Shown here one piece after another: positions 18,041 to 26,478 of a DNA stretch of 32,000 nucleotides. The position numbers were made by a program, and so were the translations under genes. Source of the DNA: Candidatus Helarchaeota ASGARD archaeon Hel_GB_B (GTDB taxonomy: Archaea; Asgardarchaeota; Lokiarchaeia; Helarchaeales; HEL-GB-B). Position 1 is the first letter of the stretch; every line of letters starts with the position of its first letter. The notes below the pieces were generated by a model. It saw only the letters and a program-made list of their open reading frames with translations, was not told the DNA's origin and made no database searches. The stretch covers positions 20,327 to 52,326 of the forward strand of contig SUPR01000011.1 in the NCBI GenBank assembly GCA_005191425.1, written 5' to 3'.

Positions 18041-19438
18041 TTAATGATATGATTTGCCTCTAAACTTAAATTTTTTAGGCATCTGGCCCATATTTGGAGG
18101 AATATTTCCACCTAAGAACATAGAAGGCATTCCACCTTTTCTTAATTTGCGACTTTTACCAAATTTTTTGATCATCTTTTTCATCATGTCGTATTGGTCG
18201 AGTAACTGTTTTACATCACGATAAGAAGTACCAGAACCCCGTGCAATTCTCATAATATGCGACTTTTTAATGATGCTTGGATTTTCGCGTTCTTTTTTCC
18301 GCATAGAATCCATTATTACCTTCCATTTTTTGATATTATCATCTGCAATATTTTTATATTCATCAGGCAATTGACCTGCAAGCCCCATCATGTCCAGCAT
18401 TTTTTTCATAGAGCCAAGTTTTTTAAATTGTTTGATTTGGTTCATCATGTCCTCTAAAGTAAAATTTCCCATTAGGAACTTTTTCTTTAATTCTTTTTCA
18501 GGTTCAATTTCAGCTCTTTTAACGCGTTCTAAAATTCCATCAAGATCTGGAATACCAATTAATCTACCTACAAAGTTTTTTGGATTAAATTTTTCTAAAT
18601 CATCAATTTTTTCTCCAGTACCAATAAATTTTATGGGAGCCCCAGTTGCAGCTACAGCTGATAAAGCTCCTCCGCCCTTAGCCGACCCATCTAGCTTTGT
18701 AACTATTATAGAACCAATATCCGTAAATTTATTAAAAGCATGAGCTTGAATTGCTGCTTGTTGGCCAATAGTTCCGTCAATAACAAGAATAATTTCAGTT
18801 GGATTGATTATTCTGGCTATTTGTACCATTTCTTTTATTAACCCTTTTTCGTCTTTATGCCTACCTGCAGTATCGACAATTATTACTTCATATTTTTTAG
18901 ATTTAAAATGTTCAACGCCCTTTTTAGCAATATAAACAGCATCGTTATTTCCAGGGTCTCCATAAATTGGAACGTCAATAGATTTTGCTAATTGTGAAAG
19001 CTGGTCAAACGCACCAGGTCTGTAAGTGTCAGCACAGACAATAGCAGTTTTTGAAGTTTTCTTTAAATAATTAGCGAGTTTAGCAGTTGTAGTCGTTTTT
19101 CCACTACCTTGTATCCCAATCATCAATAGTATATTTGTTTCTCCAGAATTAATTTGTAAAGGATAATATTTTTTACCTAAAAAACTAGTAATCTCATCAT
19201 AAACTACCTTAACGATGTAATTATTTCTACTTATCCCCATAGGTAATTCGTCTTTAAGCGCTCTTTTTCTTATATTTTCAGATAGTGCATTAATAAGTTC
19301 AACATGAATATCTGCTTGGAACATCGCCCGTTGTAATGTCTTTATAAATTCTTCAACAGCATTTTTGTCGATTATTGGTTTTCCCAATAATTTTTTGATA
19401 GCATCTCTTAATGAATTTCCGAAATTTTCAAAAACCAA
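18041..19438 (-). CDS. srp54: Signal recognition particle protein Srp54
   Basis: GIQGSGKTTT, DTYRPGA, DTAGR and TKLDG NG-domain motifs; M-domain FTLEDM...RIARGSG; Met/Gly-rich C-terminal tail. Confidence 0.97.
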   Translation of the reverse strand: MVFENFGNSLRDAIKKLLGKPIIDKNAVEEFIKTLQRAMFQADIHVELINALSENIRKRALKDELPMGISRNNYIVKVVYDEITSFLGKKYYPLQINSGETNILLMIGIQGSGKTTTTAKLANYLKKTSKTAIVCADTYRPGAFDQLSQLAKSIDVPIYGDPGNNDAVYIAKKGVEHFKSKKYEVIIVDTAGRHKDEKGLIKEMVQIARIINPTEIILVIDGTIGQQAAIQAHAFNKFTDIGSIIVTKLDGSAKGGGALSAVAATGAPIKFIGTGEKIDDLEKFNPKNFVGRLIGIPDLDGILERVKRAEIEPEKELKKKFLMGNFTLEDMMNQIKQFKKLGSMKKMLDMMGLAGQLPDEYKNIADDNIKKWKVIMDSMRKKERENPSIIKKSHIMRIARGSGTSYRDVKQLLDQYDMMKKMIKKFGKSRKLRKGGMPSMFLGGNIPPNMGQMPKKFKFRGKSYH

Positions 19439-19577
19439 AATAGTTCGCCAACATAATTTTAATTAATCATATTTTATATAAATATTAAATTTATTATAAT
19501 AGAATTAATAAATACCTTAAAATATAAATTCAAGCAATTTAATCAAGATTAAATTAATTTTATTAGAGTGGAAACAG

Positions 19578-19958
19578 ATGAGTATTCGAGAAATTGAACA
19601 AAAAATTGCTACTATTCTTGAAAGAATAGCATCAGAAGTTGCGCTTCATACTCTTGCACTTATCTCAAGGGATGGTCGAAGGATTGCATATTATTCTCAG
19701 ACATCCATTGACCCGGATTTGATGAGTGCAGTAGTTGCAGCTATTCTTAATAGTGCTGAAATGGCAATTAACTCGATGGGGCAGGGTCCACTATGGGAAA
19801 TAGTACTAAGAGGCCAAGCGGGATTTACTGTAGTTAGTTGTGCAGGTACGGGCTTCTTATTGATTGGGTCAGGATCTCCAGGAGCTGATCTAGGTCTAAT
19901 TGTTGCTACATTAAGGGATTATGCTCAATTAATTACTGAAATTCTTGGTATGACTTAA
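19578..19958 (+). CDS. Roadblock/LC7 domain protein
   Basis: 126 aa with the roadblock alpha-beta-beta-alpha-beta-beta-beta-alpha pattern: LALISRDG, D.DLMSAVVAAIL, EIVLRGQAG, ADLGLI. Confidence 0.88.
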   Translation: MSIREIEQKIATILERIASEVALHTLALISRDGRRIAYYSQTSIDPDLMSAVVAAILNSAEMAINSMGQGPLWEIVLRGQAGFTVVSCAGTGFLLIGSGSPGADLGLIVATLRDYAQLITEILGMT

Positions 19959-20069
19959 TAAAAAATAAAAATTCTCTCGAAAAAATAAAAAATAATTAAA
20001 TTTTGTTTTTTTATTAATAATAAAAGTTATGAAAAAATTTTAATAATAAAAATGAATTAGTTCTGATCA

Positions 20070-20606
20070 TTACTTTTTAATCCGTCTAATGGTTTTTGGG
20101 CGCTTTTTTATTTTTGTACCACAATTTGGGCATTTAAAATCTTTATTAGGAGATTTAATTATTGTTCTGCACTCCGGACAGTAGAATTCCCAATGTATAA
20201 GTGATTTAATTCCTAATTCTACAAATGAGGTATATTTTATATTTATTTTTGAGAGAATATTTTGCATTGAATAATCCTCAGTTAAAACAATAGGATCAAA
20301 ATTTAAATTATTCTTTATATACCAAGCTAATGCCAAAATTTTTCTATCAATTTTAGATAAATTGTAAAAATCACCAGTTTTTCTGCTAATTTTTTCAATA
20401 TATTTTTGTGATTTTAATGATGGTTCTATTAAATTTAGTCTGCCATTTATAAGAGCTACATCAAAAAGTAATTTTGCTCTTTCTGAAATTAATTCTTGTC
20501 CTAATTCGTTAATAGTGAAAAGTGGATAATTAAGCTGCAGAATTTCGATATTATTAATAAAAATACTTGAGTCCAGAACTAGTACAACAGATTTTTTATC
20601 TTTCAA
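20070..20606 (-). CDS. nob1: Nob1-like ribosome biogenesis endonuclease (PIN + Zn ribbon)
   Basis: LVLDSS, LSKIDRKILALA, LTEDYSMQN, CPEC...CPNCG. Confidence 0.9.
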   Translation of the reverse strand: MKDKKSVVLVLDSSIFINNIEILQLNYPLFTINELGQELISERAKLLFDVALINGRLNLIEPSLKSQKYIEKISRKTGDFYNLSKIDRKILALAWYIKNNLNFDPIVLTEDYSMQNILSKINIKYTSFVELGIKSLIHWEFYCPECRTIIKSPNKDFKCPNCGTKIKKRPKTIRRIKK

Positions 20607-21494
20607 TTAATCTACGCCTAGAATTTTAACCGGTTCTTTTAATTTGAGAAATTTAATAGATTTTTCCTTAATTTCAGGGGTTGTCCCATATTTTACTTTG
20701 ATCAATAGTTGTCTAATTGTAAAAAAATTTAATCTTTTTATCTCATTTGATGTCAATTTATTGTCAAAATATATATTTAAGAATTCCTTTGAATAAATCT
20801 GGTTCATTAAAAGGTCAATAAAAAAATAAACTATATCTTTAAATGGATCACCCATAGATGAAGCTTCTAAATCAATTAATGAGATTTTATCATAACTACA
20901 GATGAAATGTTCAATTCTAGCTCCACCATGTATAAATGTTAAATTAAGAGGTATATTACGATAGGATTCCATATCATCTAAAATTTTACTTCTCAAATTT
21001 GCGTTTAATATATTTATATATGATTTTCCTCTATCAATTTCAATATCATGATAATTTTTAATATTTTTATCTCTTAATCGTTCATCTAAATGAATTTTTT
21101 TAAGTAATTTAATAGCTTTTATAATAATTTTTTTATCAACGCTTTTATCCATAGATTTACCCTCTATATAATCACAGAATAATATTCCTAATTCCCGTTT
21201 TAAATTGCCCCAGCCCCAATTTTCCAAGATATTACCTTGTATTGGAATATATTTTAGAGGTTTCGCAACTGGATAATTATATTTATACAATTTTTTATGG
21301 TTTTCAAATTCAATTTTATTCCACCCTCTATATCCTATTTTTGCAATACCTCTATTTTTTTCGCCTGATATTAAATAAACGACATTTTCACTCAAACTCA
21401 ATAATTCAATTTTATTAACTTTTCCAAAATAATTAAACAAATAATTATCATTATTAATTATTTTTAAAATTAAATCTTTAGTCAATACAATCAC
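20607..21494 (-). CDS. Aminoglycoside/choline phosphotransferase-fold protein with degenerate catalytic loop
   Basis: SENVVYLI, IAKIG and LIDLE motifs are present, but the HGDxxxxN loop reads HGGARIEH (checked in DNA: cat ggt gga gct aga att gaa cat). Confidence 0.7.
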   Translation of the reverse strand: MIVLTKDLILKIINNDNYLFNYFGKVNKIELLSLSENVVYLISGEKNRGIAKIGYRGWNKIEFENHKKLYKYNYPVAKPLKYIPIQGNILENWGWGNLKRELGILFCDYIEGKSMDKSVDKKIIIKAIKLLKKIHLDERLRDKNIKNYHDIEIDRGKSYINILNANLRSKILDDMESYRNIPLNLTFIHGGARIEHFICSYDKISLIDLEASSMGDPFKDIVYFFIDLLMNQIYSKEFLNIYFDNKLTSNEIKRLNFFTIRQLLIKVKYGTTPEIKEKSIKFLKLKEPVKILGVD

Positions 21495-21537
21495 AATAAG
21501 ATAAAATAAGAAATTATGAAAATAATGAAACTAAGAA

Positions 21538-21936
21538 TTAGCCTTTCACTTTTTCAATATGATAACGCCCTACAATATCCCAATATTCTACTTGTACTCC
21601 TTCTTTTATTTTGCTTTTTATTTCTTCATCAGTAGGCATCTCTAATTCAAATGTATTATAAGATTCCATATCCATTAAGCTTATTGTATCACCCATAATA
21701 GAATTTACCATTGCCGTCCTTTTATCTATTATTGGGACTTCTACTTTCGTGTCTACTGGAAAATTTAAACTTGTTTTCTTATTTGTATATAGATTTACTG
21801 CTACGAACCTGACACGAGCAGAGCCATGTTTGCCCGGCTTTGATTTTTCTGCCGAAATTATTTTAAATGGATCATTATTTATTAATATATATTTACCAGG
21901 TTTAAGCGACCCTGCTTCAACAATATTTTTTGACAT
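21538..21936 (-). CDS. eif5a: Translation factor aIF5A (eIF5A)
   Basis: SKPGKHGSA hypusination motif (Lys36), followed by VEVPIIDKR and LMDMESY. Confidence 0.97.
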   Translation of the reverse strand: MSKNIVEAGSLKPGKYILINNDPFKIISAEKSKPGKHGSARVRFVAVNLYTNKKTSLNFPVDTKVEVPIIDKRTAMVNSIMGDTISLMDMESYNTFELEMPTDEEIKSKIKEGVQVEYWDIVGRYHIEKVKG

Positions 21937-22126
21937 CTCAATCGACCATATTATTTCAATTTATTTAATTTGATAATCTTTAATTTATTTAATTTATTTA
22001 AATTTTTAAAAAATCATTTATAAATTTTTTAATATTATAAAATTAGGCTAATGATATAATTTTTCGTCTGATTAAAATATGATGATCTCTATGAGTTTTG
22101 AAGCCAGATATTATTTGGTTCAATAT

Positions 22127-22708
22127 TTATTGAATTATACTACCTAATACTTCACTTTTTTTTGTATATTTAGCAATAAAATCATTTATTTTTAACTTAA
22201 TATCATGAATCATATTATTACACCTGTCTATTTTATCTGAAAGAACCTCATATTTTCCTTTTAAATCATTAATTTCTTGTTTAATTTTATTAATTTCATT
22301 ATTTTCAAAATTTTTATCCCAATTAGTCGTTTTATAATCTTGGTTCATTTCAATAATTTCATCAATCATAATCAATTCCTTTTTCAAGTCATCAATTGTC
22401 AATTCATTCTCAGAAGAGATTTTAGCCATCTTTTTCAAAATAGCATCTTTAGCCAAATTAATATTTTTATTTGAGTCTAACATTAACACAAGGACTTCAT
22501 TTTTATCTTTATTATAATAACTCGAGTATATTTTGTTTTTATGTTCCATAGTGAGAAATTCAATTGGATTTTGGTCCATTACATGCGAGATATAAATATT
22601 TAAAATTTCATTGTTATTTAAATTGATATCAGGGTATTTCATTTTAATATATGGACCAATAATATTGTCCCACTTTATTAATACTAATCCTTCTTCATTT
22701 AAGATCAT
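22127..22708 (-). CDS. Longin/uDENN-like N-terminal domain with C-terminal coiled coil
   Basis: N-terminal GLVLIKWDNIIGPYIKMKYP resembles the (F/W)D...GP.....YP start of uDENN/longin domains. The C-terminus has a heptad-like INKIKQEINDLKGKYEVLSDKIDRCNNMIHDIKLKI. Confidence 0.55.
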   Translation of the reverse strand: MILNEEGLVLIKWDNIIGPYIKMKYPDINLNNNEILNIYISHVMDQNPIEFLTMEHKNKIYSSYYNKDKNEVLVLMLDSNKNINLAKDAILKKMAKISSENELTIDDLKKELIMIDEIIEMNQDYKTTNWDKNFENNEINKIKQEINDLKGKYEVLSDKIDRCNNMIHDIKLKINDFIAKYTKKSEVLGSIIQ

Positions 22709-23203
22709 TCTATTCTGTACCTGTTTTTTATTTGATTTGTAAACATTATTTAATTAATGCTCAAAATCGCTATTCTTTTTATTTATTTATATTTAAATAA
22801 TTCTTTATTAAGATTTTTTTGATTAAATTCTAATTTCCTAAAAAATACTTGAAAGTTACTTTACAAATTTATATCATTTTGATTATGATTCATAACTATA
22901 ATTTTAAAGAATTCATAAAATTTAAAAGAAATGAATTGGATTAAAAATGAAACTTATTTTCTATTTAATAATTAGTTAAAATGCGATTTATATCCAAACT
23001 TTTCATCGAATTTTTTTCTAAATGAAAAAATAGGTAAAAAATTTATATTTGAATTCTTAAATTTCAAATAATCTATTTAGATTTGTTGGCTTTTATCAAA
23101 TTCTTTAAATTGAAAATTTTATAATTATAAATTTCATGAAAAAACTTATTTATAAAATTAAATTAATTCAATTGAATTCTTAATTTAAAATAAGGTAATA
23201 AAA

Positions 23204-24097
23204 TTGATATGGAGTAATTTCATCATATATCCAGAAATTCAAGATTATTTAATAAGAGGTAAATGTATTTTATCAGATAAATATAATAACTTGGATGATG
23301 AATTACCTTTTATAAATAAATTTATTGAAGTGATGCCAACTTTAAAAAATTTGGATGAAGGCTATAAACAAATAGGAAAAATTAACTTCATATATATTTC
23401 ATTTAATGATTTAATTTTTGTAACATGTGCCGATTTGAATGAAGATGTTCTATCAATTGCTCAAAAAAGCGTTAAACTGATTAAAGATTTTTATAACAAA
23501 TATAAGAATAAATTAGGGGATTTTCCTTCAGATTTATCTATTTTTGAACCGTTTAAGTCTACAATCACAGAAATTTTCTTTAAAAAGGAGGAGGAAACCG
23601 CGAAATTAGAAGAGGTAAGCAATGAAGAATTAATACAAATTAAAATTGGGGTCGTTGGCTTAGAAAATGCGGGTAAACGGTCGTTGGTCCATTTAATTTT
23701 TGGGAGAAAAGCAGACTCAATGACATTAAAGAAAGAACCACAAGTATTTATGAAAAAAGGAAGGATTACCCAAAAATATAATGCGTTTGTAATCGCAATT
23801 CCATTAAAAAGTTTAGAAGACCAAATTATGCTTTTAAAAAATTCGGATTTAATTTTTGTTGTAGTAGATAGCAAATTTCAAAATGTAATAACAACTCAAA
23901 ATTATTTAGACAAAATTCAGGAAATTATTGATAAATCACGAATTATTATAATTGCAAACAAACAAGATCAAGCTAATACTGTTAAACCTGATGTTATATC
24001 AAAGATGTACACTATTCCAACGATTGGGTTTGTTGCAAATAATCAAAAATATTATACAAAGATAATAGATATAATTGAAAAAAAATTGAATAAATAA
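23204..24097 (+). CDS. Longin-like domain fused to degenerate small GTPase (Ras/Arf-like) domain
   Basis: C-terminal half: IKIGVVGLENAGKRSL, DLIFVVVDS, IIIIANKQD. N-terminal half has a longin-like beta/alpha pattern ending 'DLSIFEPFKSTITEIF'. TTG start. Confidence 0.7.
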   Translation: MIWSNFIIYPEIQDYLIRGKCILSDKYNNLDDELPFINKFIEVMPTLKNLDEGYKQIGKINFIYISFNDLIFVTCADLNEDVLSIAQKSVKLIKDFYNKYKNKLGDFPSDLSIFEPFKSTITEIFFKKEEETAKLEEVSNEELIQIKIGVVGLENAGKRSLVHLIFGRKADSMTLKKEPQVFMKKGRITQKYNAFVIAIPLKSLEDQIMLLKNSDLIFVVVDSKFQNVITTQNYLDKIQEIIDKSRIIIIANKQDQANTVKPDVISKMYTIPTIGFVANNQKYYTKIIDIIEKKLNK

Positions 24098-24099
24098 AC

Positions 24100-25173
24100 T
24101 CAGGTTAAATTTTTATTTTTTAGGCCTATTCCTTTAACTTTTATTTCATACAAATCATTTTTTATTTTATTTACATTAAACTTTGTTTTTGTAATATATT
24201 CTGTAATTTCAATATTTGTTCTTAAATGCTCTGTAATATTTCTTACTTTAATGATAGATACGCCATCAGCAATTGCAAGATAAGGGATTATCATATCACT
24301 GGTATGAATATCAAGTAATGCATGGGATTTTATTTCATTTACAAGTTTTCTAGCAGCTTCAATACCTACTTTTTCCGCAGTTTTTCCACGTTCACCATAT
24401 GAATCTCCACTTAGCGGTATCTGATTATCAGGGGTACACCAGAGAAGAATTCCACTGCCAGGCCCTAAATGAGGGTCTACTTCGGGTTTATAAAATTCTA
24501 TTTTTATTTTTGGTTCGGGTAAATTGTTTTCTCGTAAAAATTTTTTGGCTGCGTTCATTTGACGGACGGCAACATGTTTAGGAAGCTTTACACAATGTGA
24601 GATCCCTTCGATTTTCTGAATTTCTTTATAATTTTTTATATTTAATGGCTTTAGATATTTTACTGGTTCAAAAACTGAATTTACAATCCCACCACCCCTT
24701 GGATAATGGCCCCTTCTATTTATTTTAATATTATAAATATACCCCATTGAACTTAAAATCGGTCTGAATACCTCTTGAATAAAATCTACTGGAGGACTCC
24801 AATTTACATCAGTACCTCCAGTATTTGTTAATGTGATTCTTTCTCCGGCAAATGCCATGATTGGCATGAGTACTTGTAATACTAAGGAGATACTTCCAGC
24901 TGTCTTTATATTAATTTCATAATTTCCGCCTTGGATTTTTCCAGGTTTATAAGTTATTTCCTCTGAATTTAATTTAACACCAGATATTTCTGCATTACTA
25001 ATTTTTGCAGCCGCTTTTATACCTACAGTGTGCTGAAATTTTAGACCCGGCTTAGGTCGGCTTGACCTTATATTATAAATGCGTATTGATTTTCCAAGTA
25101 ATGTAGATAAAGCTATGCTCGTTCTAACAATCTGTCCACCGCCTTCTCCAATTGATCCATCTATTTCTATCAT
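24100..25173 (-). CDS. rtcA: RNA 3'-terminal phosphate cyclase
   Basis: IEIDGSIGEGGGQIVR, RPKPGLKFQH, TAGSISL, GGTDV, GHYPRGGG and the adenylated-His region DIHTSD. Confidence 0.95.
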   Translation of the reverse strand: MIEIDGSIGEGGGQIVRTSIALSTLLGKSIRIYNIRSSRPKPGLKFQHTVGIKAAAKISNAEISGVKLNSEEITYKPGKIQGGNYEINIKTAGSISLVLQVLMPIMAFAGERITLTNTGGTDVNWSPPVDFIQEVFRPILSSMGYIYNIKINRRGHYPRGGGIVNSVFEPVKYLKPLNIKNYKEIQKIEGISHCVKLPKHVAVRQMNAAKKFLRENNLPEPKIKIEFYKPEVDPHLGPGSGILLWCTPDNQIPLSGDSYGERGKTAEKVGIEAARKLVNEIKSHALLDIHTSDMIIPYLAIADGVSIIKVRNITEHLRTNIEITEYITKTKFNVNKIKNDLYEIKVKGIGLKNKNLT

Positions 25174-25478
25174 TTTGAATGACCATGTTTCACCAATTTT
25201 TATTTAAGATAATTATAGAAAAATTATTAGAAAAAATAAATTTTTAGAAATTATGATAATGTTGATTTCATAGTTTAAAAATGTTAAAAAAACCCTTTAA
25301 TTAATGTTTATTTAATGTAAGGTTCCTTGCCTTAATATTTAGAATTTGTTAAAATTAATAAACGTCTAATTTGGCAATTAAATAAAATGGACTGTAGAAC
25401 TTAAAAAATGATAAAATAGAAAAGAAATTATAATCACACGAAAAAAATATTGAACACAACTCTACGAAAAGAAAATAA

Positions 25479-25868
25479 ATGATGGAAATAATGAAAGATA
25501 ATAATAAAGAAATTACAAATAACTCAAAACAAGATATCGATTTATCTCAATTCAGTATATTTGAAAAAAAAGTTTACGAAATTACACAACGAATTCCTGA
25601 AGGAAAAGTTTCTACATATGGCCAAATAGCCAAGGTATTAGGTAATATTAAATATGCAAGAGCAGTTGGGAATGCACTTCATAAAAATCCATATATGATA
25701 ATAATTCCATGTCATCGAGTTGTCAAAAGTAATGGACAGATTGGTGGATTTGCAAAAGGAATAGAAAAAAAGATCGAATTGTTAAAAAAGGAAAATATTA
25801 AAATTATTAATAATAGGGTCGACTTATCAGAATTTTTGGTAGATGAAAAAATATTGGTAAATGAATGA
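25479..25868 (+). CDS. ogt: O6-methylguanine-DNA-protein-cysteine methyltransferase (single-domain MGMT)
   Basis: IPEGKVSTYG, ARAVG, NP..IIIPCHRVV with the active-site Cys retained. Confidence 0.9.
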   Translation: MMEIMKDNNKEITNNSKQDIDLSQFSIFEKKVYEITQRIPEGKVSTYGQIAKVLGNIKYARAVGNALHKNPYMIIIPCHRVVKSNGQIGGFAKGIEKKIELLKKENIKIINNRVDLSEFLVDEKILVNE

Positions 25869-25882
25869 ATAGGTGATATAAT

Positions 25883-26410
25883 TTGTATAAAAGAGGATTA
25901 TTTTTAGGCAGATTTCAACCAATCCATAATGGCCATCTTCAAGTAATTAAGTCATTATTAAAAATGGTAGAAGAATTGATAATTGTAATTGGAAGTGCAC
26001 AATATTCCCATTCTTTTAATAATCCATTTACATCAGGGGAACGAATATTGATGATTAGAAATGCATTGATTGAAAACAATATTGATATTTCAAAATTATA
26101 TATTATACCAATTAATGATACAAATGATAACCGAATCTGGGTATCACATATTATTGCTAGTACTCCAAAATTTGATGTTGTATTTACTAATAACAAACTT
26201 GTTTTTAGGTTAATGAAAGAATTTGGAATTGAAGTAAAAAATACGGAATTATTTAATAGAGAAAAATTATCTTCAACAACAGTTAGGACTAGGATCTTAA
26301 ATAATGAAAATTGGGAAGAATTAATACCAAAAAGTGTGAGTTCTATTATAAAAGAAATAGATGGTATAAACAGAATTAGGGAAATTGGTTTCTCAAACTT
26401 AAAAAAATAG
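25883..26410 (+). CDS. nadM: Nicotinamide-nucleotide adenylyltransferase
   Basis: GRFQPIHNGH (HxGH), IGSAQ, NPFTSGER and SSTTVR motifs. GGTGA RBS 6 nt before the TTG. Confidence 0.92.
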   Translation: MYKRGLFLGRFQPIHNGHLQVIKSLLKMVEELIIVIGSAQYSHSFNNPFTSGERILMIRNALIENNIDISKLYIIPINDTNDNRIWVSHIIASTPKFDVVFTNNKLVFRLMKEFGIEVKNTELFNREKLSSTTVRTRILNNENWEELIPKSVSSIIKEIDGINRIREIGFSNLKK

Positions 26411-26478
26411 AAACTTTATTTAATCATTGTTTATAATATTGTATATTATGTTTTTATTATTATAAAATAAGAGTAAAA

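Noticed and set aside
23165-23178. Perfect 14-bp palindrome AATTCAATTGAATT upstream of the longin-GTPase gene
   Set aside because: At this AT content several such palindromes are expected by chance in 32 kb, and no second copy was seen.
25173-25194. GGTGA followed by an out-of-frame ATG (25186) upstream of rtcA, giving a 20-codon overlapping ORF
   Set aside because: The 3-nt spacing is shorter than other SD spacings in this window and the peptide has no features, so there is no support for a regulatory uORF.
25479-25868. Alkyltransferase-like (ATL) protein, suggested by the short single-domain length
   Set aside because: The active-site motif is PCHRV with Cys retained, not the PWHRV-type substitution of ATLs.
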